From the NCBI GenBank assembly GCA_947630365.1, contig CANRHI010000001.1, positions 3,927 through 67,926 of the forward strand: a stretch of 64,000 bases of DNA. Direction: 5' to 3'. This document shows, piece by piece, positions 17,148 to 26,654 of the stretch. Under the pieces are notes generated by a model. It did no database searches. It was given only the letters and a program-made list of their open reading frames with translations, and was not told the DNA's origin. The stretch is from an uncultured Clostridia bacterium. Lineage in GTDB: Bacteria; Bacillota; Clostridia; Christensenellales; Borkfalkiaceae. Numbering within the stretch: the first letter of the stretch is position 1; every line of letters begins with the position of its first letter. Position numbers and translations under genes: made by a program.

Positions 17148-17998
17148 TTAGATAATTTGTGAATGAGTTCGGTATTGCACCGGGCTCATTCCATTTAGTT
17201 TGAGGGAGATCCTTGCGTTGTTGTGGTAATCGATGTATTCTTCGAGACAGCGGATGAATTCATCCGCTGTCTCGAACTTCTCACCGTAGAACATCTCTAC
17301 TTTGAGCCGTCCGAAAAAGTTCTCCATCGCACCGTTATCCATGCAGTTTCCCTTGCGGGACATGCTTTGGATGATATTGTGTTCTTTCAGCTGTCTTTGG
17401 CAGCTCTCATGTTGGTATTGCCACCCTTGGTCTGAATGGAAGATAGGGCGTGCTCCCTTCGGCAGCTTCTCAAATAATCCTTTGAGCATTTCTCTTATTT
17501 GTTCCATGTTCGGACTCTTTGAAATAGAATAGGCAATGATCTCTCTGTTGTATAAATCCATGACCGGAGAGAAATACACTTTCTCGTCACCGATATTGAA
17601 TTGGGTTATGTCGGTAGCCATCTTTTCGAACGGCTTCTCCGCGTGGAAGTCTCTCGCAAGAAGATCGTCCGCGATCTTTCCCACTTCTCCCTTGTAAGAA
17701 TGGTATTTCTCGTTCTTGCGCCGTTTCCCTTTCAAACAGAGGCTCTTCATGAGCTTATATACCGTCTTATGGTTCAGAACATAGCCTTTTGCTCTAAGCG
17801 AAAGCTCTATCCTGCGATATCCGTATCTGCCCTTGTTCTCTTGAAAGATCTTCGTGATTGCCGATTTCTCTTCGGCATACTTATCTTTTTCGCTTCGTTT
17901 GAGATGATAATAATATGTGCTGCGAGCGAGACCTGAAATCTTCAATAATATTTTCAGCGGAAATCTCTGCCTTAGTTCCAGAACTACTTGCGCTTTTT
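17148..17998 (-). CDS. IS3 transposase OrfB (rve/DDE integrase core), read in the -1 frame from the slippery site
   Basis: The -1 frame is open from AAAAAG (17993-17998) and reads KAQVVLELRQRFPLKILLKISGLARSTYYY... DDE motifs: ATDITQF, HSDQGWQY and NGAMENFFGRLK. The track starts it only at 17945, which is a TTG. Confidence 0.85.
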
Positions 17999-18400
17999 GC
18001 CACTCTTTTGCTCTTCCGCTCGTACTAAGGCATCTAATTTTTTTAGGTATTCATTCTCCGCCTCAACGTATTCCAACCGCTCCCTCAGCCGCCTATTCTC
18101 CGCTATGAGGTCATTCTCGATTTCCTTGTCCAACGGTTCCTTCCGCGGTCTACCCTTGCCCTTTCTCCCTCGACGTTCTTCCATAAACCCCGCCACTCCT
18201 TCTTCCAAGTATATGCGCTTCCAACGTTTGAGACTGCACCGGTACAGATCTTCTTCCGTGCGACCATTGGTGCCCCAATACTTCCGCACCGTCTCTCTTT
18301 GGCTCAAACCGTTTTCTCGCATATCCATTATAACAGCTATTTTGAATTCCGGCGAGTATTTTGTGTTTTTTTTCCTTCTCTTTTCCATAAAAATATGCAC
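17984..18400 (-). CDS. IS3 transposase OrfA (HTH DNA-binding part)
   Basis: 138 aa. It has an HTH and a leucine-zipper-like region, and ends in ...GKKRK* across an AAAAAG slippery run. Confidence 0.88.
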   Translation of the reverse strand: MHIFMEKRRKKNTKYSPEFKIAVIMDMRENGLSQRETVRKYWGTNGRTEEDLYRCSLKRWKRIYLEEGVAGFMEERRGRKGKGRPRKEPLDKEIENDLIAENRRLRERLEYVEAENEYLKKLDALVRAEEQKSGKKRK

Positions 18401-18471
18401 CTCCTATAGTGTCTAACTTTTGGGGTGCATATCAGTTCGCATCGGGGGGAGCTTTCCATACTGTTTTCTAT

Positions 18472-20172
18472 TTAATGCCTGCCGCCTCCGCCGGGGCCGA
18501 AGCCGCCCGGGGGCATGCTTCCCGGCCTTCCCATGCCGCCCGCCGAGCCGACCGTCGTGATGGCGCCCGAAACGGTGAAGGTGCAGAGGACGGTATCTCC
18601 CCCGAGAATGGAGAAGCTGCCGTTTTTCACGAGCTCGGGACAGGAGACAATGACCGAGCGGCAGCTCTTTTTCACCTCATGGGAGAAGATGGCGTTCCCG
18701 TCCGCCCCCGCCAAAGAGAGCACGGTGCCCGCCGCAATGTTGCCGCTGTACGCAAATGAGACGGTGTTTTGCGCCGAGTTGTTCGCGGGCGTCTGCACCA
18801 TGCCGATGGGCCCGCAGGCGAAGAGATACCCGCCGTTTACGAGGATGTTCCCGTCTGCGTCGAGCGCGGCGTTCATCGCATTCGTGGGGCCGTCCACCCG
18901 CACCGTTCCGCCGCTTATGAGCATGCTCCCGTTGGAGTCGATGCCGTCTCCCTCGGCGTTCACATAGATGTCCCCGCCCGAGATGACGATATGGCAGTTG
19001 TTGTTGGCGTTCCCCGGGATGGCGGTCGTGCCGTCCGCCGCGTTGATGCCGTCGTCCGCCGAAGTCACCGAGATCTGCCCGCCCGAAATTTCCACCTTGG
19101 CGGCCTCCAGCCCTTCGTAGCAGCGGGAAACGGCGATGCTTCCGCCCGTCACCGTGAGGAGGGCCTCCGCGTGCAAACCGTCGTCGCCCGCCGCGACCGC
19201 GAGCGTGCCGCCCGCAATTTCCATTTTTCCGTCCGAATGCAGGGCGTCGTCGTTGGAATTTACGGTGACTTCCCCGCTTTGAATGCCGATGAAGTACTCG
19301 TCGGAGAGAATTTCCGCGCCGTCTGCGCCCCAGTCGATGGCGCCCGCCTTCACCCCCTTGCCGTCTCCGCTGTCCGAAGAGGCCTCGGTGATGGTCTGCG
19401 GCGCGCCGCCGTTCGTCGTCACGTCGAGCTTCCCCCCGCGCATGAGCACGAAGGTATCCGCCTGCACGCCGTCGTCTCCCGAGCGGATGGTGACGTTCGC
19501 GCCGTCGAGGAGCACCCAACCGCCGTCCGCATAGGAGAAGGCGGGGGCGGAGGTCAAATCGTCGTAGGCGTCGATCTCGGCATGCAGCCCGTCGCCCGTC
19601 GCCTCGATATCCAAGGTCGCCTCCGCGATGCAAATGGAATTCGCCTTGACGGCGTTCTTGGTCGAGCGCACGAGGAGCGTTCCCCCGCCGTTTACGGTGA
19701 GCGCGCCGTCGCACGAGACCGCGTTGGTGGAAGCCGCCGTCGTCTCTACGGCATTTTCACCCGAGAGGGTGAGGACGAGGGGATAGTCCGAGGTGATGGC
19801 CTTGCCTTCCTCCGCAAGAACGGAGGCGCCGTCGAGGAAGAGGTGGACGTTTTCCGCCTTCACGCTGACGGTCCCCGCAAGCGAGCCGCGGACGACATAG
19901 TTTCCGCTCTCGTCGATCTTGCCCGCTTCGGAAAGAATGGTGGCGTTTTCGGGAACGGAAGCGCCCTTTTCGGGCGTGGGAGCGGCGCTTTCCGCCTTCT
20001 CCATGCTCTCGGAGACGGTCGCAGAGGGCGTATAGTCCGCATAGCCCCCGCCGCCGAGGCTATCGCCCGGGTTTTGGAACTCCTCCTTCCCCGCGGGCTG
20101 TTCGCCGGTTTGACCGCAGCCGACGAGCGCAAAGAGAAGCGCGAGCGCGGCAGCCGCAAAAGATTTTTTCAT
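18472..20172 (-). CDS. Cthe_2159-like carbohydrate-binding beta-helix lipoprotein
   Basis: ATG at 20172 (MKKSFAAAALALLFALVGCGQ lipobox). It has repeated DDG(L/I/V)(H/Q/N)(A/S) and GDGIDSNGS turns and a Gly-rich C-terminus. Confidence 0.7.
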   Translation of the reverse strand: MKKSFAAAALALLFALVGCGQTGEQPAGKEEFQNPGDSLGGGGYADYTPSATVSESMEKAESAAPTPEKGASVPENATILSEAGKIDESGNYVVRGSLAGTVSVKAENVHLFLDGASVLAEEGKAITSDYPLVLTLSGENAVETTAASTNAVSCDGALTVNGGGTLLVRSTKNAVKANSICIAEATLDIEATGDGLHAEIDAYDDLTSAPAFSYADGGWVLLDGANVTIRSGDDGVQADTFVLMRGGKLDVTTNGGAPQTITEASSDSGDGKGVKAGAIDWGADGAEILSDEYFIGIQSGEVTVNSNDDALHSDGKMEIAGGTLAVAAGDDGLHAEALLTVTGGSIAVSRCYEGLEAAKVEISGGQISVTSADDGINAADGTTAIPGNANNNCHIVISGGDIYVNAEGDGIDSNGSMLISGGTVRVDGPTNAMNAALDADGNILVNGGYLFACGPIGMVQTPANNSAQNTVSFAYSGNIAAGTVLSLAGADGNAIFSHEVKKSCRSVIVSCPELVKNGSFSILGGDTVLCTFTVSGAITTVGSAGGMGRPGSMPPGGFGPGGGGRH

Positions 20173-20329
20173 GGAAAACCTCACAAAAACTTTTTTCCAT
20201 TTTACTGAAAAAATCAAAAAAATGCAATGGATTTTACCTGATTTTTGCAAATTTCACTTTTTTCACCGAATTTTCTTGCAAGTCGGACCAAGGAGTAGAA
20301 GATACACTCGGCTTCGCCTCGGTATGAGG

Positions 20330-20860
20330 GGGAGATCTTGGCGCCCCTCATATAGGGGAGCCAAGTAAGCCCTCCCACTTATACTTGAGGGGGAGGGGTA
20401 GGGGAGGGGGTGCTCTCTTGAAGAGGCCTACCGCGTCATGTTGAGCGAAGCAAAGCGACCGAAACATCCCGAAGAACGAAGTCCGAATTTTCATCCTCGG
20501 GATTCTTCGCCCCACAAGGGGGCTCAGAATGACGCGTTGGCGCGGGGGGCGGGGCAGAATGACGCGGTAACCTCCCCCTGTATCCCCCTCCTTCGCAAGG
20601 AGGGGGATTCTGTTGTGGCACAACTTGGCGCCCCCTTGAGGGGGAGCCGGCGCGCTGCCCTTGCGCGCCTGAGGGGGTGTCGCTCCGAATATACAACACC
20701 CCTTCCGTCACTCGCCGTGGCTCGTGCCACCCACCCCTCGGAGGGGGTGGGCAAGTCACGCCATCGGACCCCCCTTTCCCGTATTACGGGGAGGCACCCG
20801 TAGGGCGTGCCTTGGCTGGGACACAGGGGGAGGGGCGCCTCATTTTTATCCCTCGAAACA
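20330..20860. repeat. Intergenic block of mosaic GC-rich hairpin repeats (copy B)
   Basis: It shares the 80-bp module with 12321-12400. It also has GGGGCAGAATGACGCGGTAAC (20551-71), CCCCCTGTATCCCCCTCCTT (20574-93), and CGGGGAGGCACCCGTAGGGCGTGCCTTGGCTGGG (20787-20820), which is identical to 23751-23784. Confidence 0.9.
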
Positions 20861-20865
20861 AAAAA

Positions 20866-20887
20866 GCCCGCCTCGAAAGAGGCGGGC
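20866..20887 (-). terminator. Rho-independent terminator of the membrane-protein gene
   Basis: GCCCGCCTC-gaaa-GAGGCGGGC, with a T-run on the minus strand (A6 at 20860-65). Confidence 0.8.
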
Positions 20888-20900
20888 AAACATTCCTATC

Positions 20901-21377
20901 TCAGAGTACCATCCCAAGGACCGTCCACAGCAACATCATGCAGAGCACAAAACCGAGCGCGGAGGCCTTTCCGCATTCCTTGGCGAGCTCGGGTTGATCC
21001 TTGTAATTCCCGAAGTACAGCCCGATGCCGACGGGGAAGAGCACCGCCGAGAGCACCTGCCAGCCGATGAGCTTCATGTTCGTGAAGGTCCTTTGGAACC
21101 AAGGGCCGATGGAATTGTAGAAGTTGAGCGTTTCGCCGAGGTCGACGAGGAAGCCGACGCCGATGAAAACCGCATCGACGACGAGGTAGAGTACGGAGAG
21201 CCCGAATACGCCGCCGTCGTTCGTGCACAAATTCATGAAGAGCGAGATGATGCAAACGCTCAAAAAGAAGGAGACGTCCTTCTCGCCGTGGTTGGACAGG
21301 TAGGAGTAGTAAACGAACACAAAACCCGTCACAAACAGTGCAATAATGCCCAGTGCTGCCATGATCTTTTCCCCCAT
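20901..21377 (-). CDS. Small integral membrane protein (4-5 TM), unknown function
   Basis: 158 aa from the ATG at 21377 (alternative start at 21362). Strongly hydrophobic segments. The track ORF extends to 21530 without support. Confidence 0.6.
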   Translation of the reverse strand: MGEKIMAALGIIALFVTGFVFVYYSYLSNHGEKDVSFFLSVCIISLFMNLCTNDGGVFGLSVLYLVVDAVFIGVGFLVDLGETLNFYNSIGPWFQRTFTNMKLIGWQVLSAVLFPVGIGLYFGNYKDQPELAKECGKASALGFVLCMMLLWTVLGMVL

Positions 21378-21529
21378 AGAAAAAACTTTGTTTACATTAT
21401 ACACCCCGCGCGGCGGGTTGTCAATACGAGATGAGAAATTTTTTCCGAAAAAAACGCGGGGGGGGGCAGGAAAAACGAATGGCGCATAGAATGAAGTGAC
21501 TGCCAAAGGCGCGGTCGGGGGTTTTACCA

Positions 21530-22297
21530 ATGCAGTGGTTTTTAAGGCTTTCCTTTTTGCAGCAGGCGCTCCTTTCCTCCCTTCTCATGTATCTCATGAC
21601 GACGCTCGGCGCCTCCTTCGTGCTCTTTTCGCGCGGGGCGAAGAAGAACGTGCTCACTGTTTTCAACGGAGGCGCGGCGGGCATCATGATCGCGGCGAGC
21701 TTTTTCTCCCTCCTCCTTCCCGCCCTCTCCTACGAGAGCGCGCTGCCTTCGGGAGTGGTGGTGACGATGGGCTTCCTCTTCGGCGGGGCGTTCATCGTGT
21801 TTTCCGATCTCTTCCTCTCCCGCCGCACGAGGAAGATGGGGGAGGGCAAACGCAAGTGCGCCCTGTTGTACCTTGCCGTCACTTTGCACAACATTCCCGA
21901 GGGAATGGCGGTGGGGGTGGCGTTTTCGGCGGCGGTGGGGGCGGAAGCGATGGTCGCGGCGGCGCTGCTCGCCGTGGGCATCGCCGTGCAAAATCTGCCC
22001 GAGGGCATGTGCGTCGCCTTCCCCCTTCGGGCGGAGGGCATGTCGAGGACGAAGAGCTTTCTCTTTTCGCAGGGCTCGGGGCTCATCGAGATCCCTTCCT
22101 GCCTCTTGGGTGCGGTCGCGGCGAGCTTCATCGAGGGGCTCATGCCGTGGGCGCTCTCCTTTTCGGCGGGGGCGATGATCGCCGTCGTCTGCTCCGAGCT
22201 CATTCCCGAGTGCTACGAGGGAAACAAGACGCTCGCCACCTTTTCCACCGTGCTCGGCTTCTGCCTCATGATGCTTTTGGACGTGCTCCTCGGATAG
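21530..22297 (+). CDS. ZIP-family divalent metal (zinc) transporter
   Basis: Signature motifs LHNIPEGMAVG and QNLPEGM, with multiple TM segments. Confidence 0.85.
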   Translation: MQWFLRLSFLQQALLSSLLMYLMTTLGASFVLFSRGAKKNVLTVFNGGAAGIMIAASFFSLLLPALSYESALPSGVVVTMGFLFGGAFIVFSDLFLSRRTRKMGEGKRKCALLYLAVTLHNIPEGMAVGVAFSAAVGAEAMVAAALLAVGIAVQNLPEGMCVAFPLRAEGMSRTKSFLFSQGSGLIEIPSCLLGAVAASFIEGLMPWALSFSAGAMIAVVCSELIPECYEGNKTLATFSTVLGFCLMMLLDVLLG

Positions 22298-22316
22298 ACG
22301 AATATTCTTTGCCTTT

Positions 22317-23204
22317 GTGCCCATACTTTGGGGTATGGGAGAGAGCCTCAAACAGCAAGAAAAGGAGCAAGAGATCAAGGAAGCGGAGCGCGAAGAACGC
22401 CGCCCGCTTCCGCATAAGACGGCGATCGTCGTGGGCGGCTCGTCGGGCATTGGACGGGAGACCGCCATCCGCCTGCTCGCGCGGGGGTACCGCGTGTTCA
22501 ATATCTCGCGGACGCCCTTCAAGGGGGAACGGGTCGTGACCGTCACCGCCGACGCGGCACAGGAAGGGGAGCTCACGCGGGCCATCGGGCAGATCCTCAA
22601 GGAGAGCGAAACGCTCGACCTTCTCGTCTACTCCGCGGGATTTTCCATGGCGGCGCCCCTCGAGTGCGCAAAGAGCGGGGACTATCGGTACCTCTTCGAG
22701 GTGAATTATTTCGGCGCCATCGAGGCGCTCAAGGCCGCCGCGCCCCACCTCAAAAAGAGGGGAGGAAGGGCGATCCTCGTCGGCTCGCTCGCGGGGGACG
22801 TCCCCATTCCCTTCGACGGATTTTATTCCGCCTCCAAGGCCGCGCTCTCCATGCTCGCGAGGGAGACCGATTTGGAGCTCAAGGGCAGCGGGGTCCGCGT
22901 GACGGCGATGCTCCCCGGGGGTACGGCGACCGACTTCACCTACAGCCGAAGGGTGTATAAGGAGGAGGAAAACGCGGGGTATGCTTCCTCCGTGAAGAAG
23001 GCCTCCGCCGCCCTCGCCAACATGGAACAGGGCGGCATGAACGCCTCCCTCGTCGCCGAGGCGATCGTCAAACTTGCCGAGAAGAAAAACCCTCCGCCCG
23101 TCGCAGTCGCGGGCGGGAAGAACGCTTTTGCCCGTACCATGTCGCGGCTTCTCCCCGAGCGCGTCACCGATTGGATGGTCAGAAGGAAGTTTAATCAGAG
23201 ATAA
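22317..23204 (+). CDS. Short-chain dehydrogenase/reductase (SDR)
   Basis: Rossmann motif VVGGSSGIG and catalytic YSASKAAL. The exact start is uncertain (22317 or 22335). Confidence 0.8.
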   Translation: MPILWGMGESLKQQEKEQEIKEAEREERRPLPHKTAIVVGGSSGIGRETAIRLLARGYRVFNISRTPFKGERVVTVTADAAQEGELTRAIGQILKESETLDLLVYSAGFSMAAPLECAKSGDYRYLFEVNYFGAIEALKAAAPHLKKRGGRAILVGSLAGDVPIPFDGFYSASKAALSMLARETDLELKGSGVRVTAMLPGGTATDFTYSRRVYKEEENAGYASSVKKASAALANMEQGGMNASLVAEAIVKLAEKKNPPPVAVAGGKNAFARTMSRLLPERVTDWMVRRKFNQR

Positions 23205-23289
23205 ATTTTTCTTTCGTTGAATTTCTTTGCTCCATCTGCGCCCTGCGGTCGCGTCCTTCGCAAACAAATTCAACGAGGAAAGGAGCGTT

Positions 23290-23860
23290 TCCGTTCTCTT
23301 GGGATCTCCTCTCATTCGCTCAATCCGACATTGAGCGCAAAGGGCCAAAGCAAATTGGGTGCGCTGCCGCAGGGAGACCCTGCTCCGCGCCGTGATTTGG
23401 AAGCAACCTCCCCCTGTATCCCCCTCCTTAAAAAGGAAGGGGATTCCATCTGCTCTCTCCTTGCGAAGGCGGGGATTTCGTCTGCGCTCTCCTTGCAAAG
23501 GAGGGGGATTTTGCTTATTTCATCCCCATCACCTTTGGGGGGCACCGCTATCGAATCCCCCTCCCCGCCAAATCGGGGAGGGGGACGCAGGGGGAGGGGC
23601 ACCGCAGCGTGAAGCCCTACCCTTCGGGGAAGGGGAGGGTGGCTGCCCTCGGGCAGACGGGTGGGGATGGGCGTGGGGGAAGCGCGAAAGGCAACCCCCA
23701 CCGCCCGCTTGCCCTAAAGCAGCTTTAGGGCAAATCCCCTTCCCCGTTTGCGGGGAGGCACCCGTAGGGCGTGCCTTGGCTGGGATAAAGGGGGAGGGGC
23801 TTCCGATCATGTCATACCGCCATGCCGAGCTTCTTTTGTATTCCAAGGGCGGCATGAACA
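23290..23860. repeat. Intergenic block of mosaic GC-rich hairpin repeats (copy C)
   Basis: It contains CCCCCTGTATCCCCCTCCTT (23410-29), AATCCCCCTCCCCGCCAAATCGGGGAGGGGGACGCAGGGGG, the 34-bp module at 23751-84, and an inverted copy (23828-53) of 12432-57. Confidence 0.9.
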
Positions 23861-23907
23861 GAGTGCTCCGCACCTCTCGATCGTTGGAGGGAAAACGATT
23901 TACGTTC

Positions 23908-25404
23908 TCAAACGGATCTTGTGAGCGTTTCGTACACCTTCACCATGGCGAAGGTGTCGAGCGCGCAGTATTTCAAAAGGTCGTGCTCTGCCTTTGCCCG
24001 CTGTTCGGCGGGCATATTTTTGAGCTTCGGGAAGAGCTCCTTTGCCTCGCTTCCGTTGTGGACGCCCTCCAATTTGTGATAGTCGAGCTCGGGGTCGTCG
24101 GGGAAGAGGGCAGGAAGAACGCTTTTGATGGAAAACGACCCGCCCATGGCACGGATATAATAGTATCCCTTTTGGAAGGGGACGAGCAGATCTTTGATGT
24201 TCTCCTCGATCTTGAGAAGATGCTCGGAGAGATCGGGGAAGATCGCCGCGAGCTCCTTGATGCGCCCGCATTCGAACCCCTTATTATAGACGAGCACGCA
24301 GACGTCGTCGGGAATGTCGGAAACAAGCCGCTCGGCAAGGGCACGCCTCGGGTCCTCCTCACTTCGCCCCAAAAATTCACGGTGTTCAAGCGTCCCGTTC
24401 GGCTCCCGCAAAATGTGCAGGGAATACTGCACGGGGATCTGTTGATAGGGCTTGGTGCCGACATATTGCGGAATGACGGGTTGCACCGACTCGAAATCGA
24501 GAAAATAGAGGGGATAGGTGAGCGTTTGCAAAAATTCCTCAATGCCCTTTTTGTCGATATGGGCGCCCTTGTCCTCGAGGGCATACTCCACCTGACGGCG
24601 GCGGAGCTCGTTGAGCTCGCTCCCATCCTTCAAGACGTCCTCAAAACCGCAGATGCCCCTTTGATACAGCGCAAGCTTTTTCTTGAAGGCAAGGTCGTAC
24701 AGTCCAAAGACGGACGGCGAAGGCAGATCCCGCGTACAATATCCGAAGAAGGCGCAGGGATAGGGCTTGTTGCACGCCATAGATAAATCGATCGTCGGCT
24801 CTTTCGCCGACGCCATGACCTTTTCCGCCTCCTTCAGGCTCTTTTCTACGTCGGCAAGCTCTTCCTCGACGAGGGGCGTGACCTCGGTGATCTTGAAATA
24901 TTTTTGAAGGTCGAGGACGCCGTCAAAGACATAGCTCGTATCGATCGTGACGAGGTAGACGTTTTTCACCCTCACGCCGCATTTTTCGAGGACATATTTT
25001 TGGAAAGAGGTATCGACGATATAGACGTGTTTGTCGGGCGAGGCGCTGCTCTTGACTTCATAGATATCGTAGCCGTCGCCGTTCTTTTTGAGAATATCGA
25101 CGGCGCAATACAGCCCTTGATGGCCGAAGGACGCTTCGCAGATGATTTCCCTTCCCTCGGCGAGACATTGCTTGGTGAGCTCTTTCATCCTCTCGAGGTC
25201 GAGGCTGCCGTCGGGCTTATACGAAGTCACTTCGACGTATTCGCCGAACAGCCCCATCGCAAGATCGCCCACTTCGTTGCCCGCCGCAAAGCGCGCCTGC
25301 GTCTCTTCGTCGACGACGCATTCCTCGGGCTTATACTTTTTGAGCCACGGAATTTTGGGACACTGCTTGAAATCGCAATACTTGGATTTGCTGAAATAGA
25401 ACAT
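23908..25404 (-). CDS. DUF2779-family protein (Cas4-like PD-(D/E)XK N-terminus plus RNase H/DnaQ-like C-terminus)
   Basis: ATG at 25404 after GGGAGA. N-terminus MFYFSKSKYCDFKQCPKIPWLKKY; also YEVKS, YPLYFLDFES, YNKGFECGRIKELA and YCALDTFAMV. Confidence 0.7.
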   Translation of the reverse strand: MFYFSKSKYCDFKQCPKIPWLKKYKPEECVVDEETQARFAAGNEVGDLAMGLFGEYVEVTSYKPDGSLDLERMKELTKQCLAEGREIICEASFGHQGLYCAVDILKKNGDGYDIYEVKSSASPDKHVYIVDTSFQKYVLEKCGVRVKNVYLVTIDTSYVFDGVLDLQKYFKITEVTPLVEEELADVEKSLKEAEKVMASAKEPTIDLSMACNKPYPCAFFGYCTRDLPSPSVFGLYDLAFKKKLALYQRGICGFEDVLKDGSELNELRRRQVEYALEDKGAHIDKKGIEEFLQTLTYPLYFLDFESVQPVIPQYVGTKPYQQIPVQYSLHILREPNGTLEHREFLGRSEEDPRRALAERLVSDIPDDVCVLVYNKGFECGRIKELAAIFPDLSEHLLKIEENIKDLLVPFQKGYYYIRAMGGSFSIKSVLPALFPDDPELDYHKLEGVHNGSEAKELFPKLKNMPAEQRAKAEHDLLKYCALDTFAMVKVYETLTRSV

Positions 25405-25421
25405 GATTTTTTCTCCCGTGT

Positions 25422-26555
25422 TTACTCTTCTTCGTCGTCCTCGGGCTCCTCGGGCATTGCGTCGAGGGAGTAGATATACTCTTCGGCCTCGGGATGGGCC
25501 TTGATCCAGTCGATCAATTTTTGCTTGTGTGCCACTTTCCAATCGTTGCTGAGATAGTATTCTTTCCCCTTGATCTTCAGCGGTGCGGCGTAATACCGCC
25601 TTCCGCCCTTTTCGGCGAGAACGGGCTCGGTGATCCCGAAAATCACCTTACTCTCCTCAATGGTCGTTAATTTCTCGATCTCCTCATCGGGGACAAGCCC
25701 GCTCTCCAACATATTCCTCAGCGCCGATTTGGCGATTTGTCCGACGAGGAGTGCGCCGTAGGCTGCCGCGTCGGGGACCGCAGCGGTGGGATTGGGAAGA
25801 GCGGAGATCGCGGCGCCCTTGCCCTTCTTCCCCGTTGTTCCCTTCCTACCCGTCCCTTTCGCGCTTACGGGCGGGAGAAAGTAACCGAGCAAGTTGAGCA
25901 ACTGATAGGCTCTCATGAAGAGTTCGGCGGTATCGTGTACCTTGCCGCTCACGATGCGGATGGGGTCGATGACTTCGGTGGAAAAGGCGTTGTTGCCGAT
26001 GATCCTAAAGGTGTAATTCAGTCCCGCCCTATGGAAAAAGTCGTTGAGGAAGTCGATGCGGGACGGCAACAGATTGTACACACCGGGGGAAATTGAGGGG
26101 GATGCGAAAACGATCTCCGCCTCTTCCGCTTCGAAGTATCCATACAGACTCAATGCCGTGCGGACACATTTTTCAACCACTTTGCGGTCAGAGACGTTGC
26201 CGCCGACGCCGTGATAGTTCAGTCCGTTTTCATGAAATGCGACGTCGACGGCATAGTACACGGGTTTACCTTCGCGCAGAGCGAAGCCGATGGCGTCGCA
26301 TTCTCCCTGCTTGATAACTTGATGGAATTTTTTCTCGAGAGCCGCTTTTGGGTCTTTCTCGGCATCGATGTCGAAAATGATTTGATGAAACTTGAATTCA
26401 AATTCCGTTCGGACGTCTTTGAACAGATCTTGCAGCTCCGCCACTCTCTTCAGCGTCCAAGCGGGAGAGGCTTTCCAATTATTTTGGACGATCAAGCACT
26501 CCTTCACATGCCGAAGCCACGAGTAAAACAGGGATTCCGCTATTTCAATTTTCAT
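25422..26555 (-). CDS. Hypothetical protein (possible restriction-endonuclease-like N-terminal domain) co-operonic with the DUF2779 gene
   Basis: 377 aa, ending 17 nt upstream of the DUF2779 start. It has E...GECDAIGF...YYAVDVAFHE acidic beta-strand motifs, a K/G-rich linker, a C-terminal RYYAAPLKIKGKEYYLSNDW module and an acidic tail. Confidence 0.6.
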   Translation of the reverse strand: MKIEIAESLFYSWLRHVKECLIVQNNWKASPAWTLKRVAELQDLFKDVRTEFEFKFHQIIFDIDAEKDPKAALEKKFHQVIKQGECDAIGFALREGKPVYYAVDVAFHENGLNYHGVGGNVSDRKVVEKCVRTALSLYGYFEAEEAEIVFASPSISPGVYNLLPSRIDFLNDFFHRAGLNYTFRIIGNNAFSTEVIDPIRIVSGKVHDTAELFMRAYQLLNLLGYFLPPVSAKGTGRKGTTGKKGKGAAISALPNPTAAVPDAAAYGALLVGQIAKSALRNMLESGLVPDEEIEKLTTIEESKVIFGITEPVLAEKGGRRYYAAPLKIKGKEYYLSNDWKVAHKQKLIDWIKAHPEAEEYIYSLDAMPEEPEDDEEE

Positions 26556-26582
26556 AAAATACCCTCCGTAAAATTCATTTTT

Positions 26583-26611
26583 ATTGTACTACGCAAATGT
26601 TTTTTCGTCAA
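26583..26611 (-). promoter_or_regulatory. Sigma-70-type promoter of the hypothetical/DUF2779 operon
   Basis: The minus strand reads TTGACG-17 nt-TACAAT, about 30 nt upstream of the ATG at 26555. Confidence 0.65.
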
Positions 26612-26654
26612 TATCTCTCTTGAAAATAGTACCGAAGGAACACACCCTCAAAGG

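Larger units (their letters stand above)
17119..18429 (-). mobile_element. IS3-family insertion sequence (about 1.31 kb) with imperfect terminal inverted repeats
   Basis: The left end TGAACCCCAAAAGTTGGACA (17119-38) matches the reverse complement of the right end, TGCACCCCAAAAGTTAGACA (18410-29), at 18 of 20 positions, with TG...CA termini. It contains orfA and orfB. Confidence 0.9.

Noticed and set aside
20348-20889. Several 90-120-aa ORFs on both strands in the repeat blocks (for example 20348-20623, 20436-20759, 20524-20889, 23312-23701, 23529-23873, 54735-55121)
   Set aside because: They overlap each other in palindromic GC-rich repeats. The recurrent 'IPLL.KEGDTGGG' peptides simply reflect the shared repeat DNA read in frame. 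There is no RBS or start context.
21458-21466. G9 homopolymer in the divergent promoter region between the membrane-protein gene and the ZIP transporter gene (also G9 at 29251-59 and G8 at 12667-74) as phase-variation switches
   Set aside because: At roughly 30% G, a few runs of this length are expected by chance in 64 kb on both strands. Without read-level length heterogeneity there is no evidence for slipped-strand switching. The 29251 tract is mentioned only as context for the repeat array.
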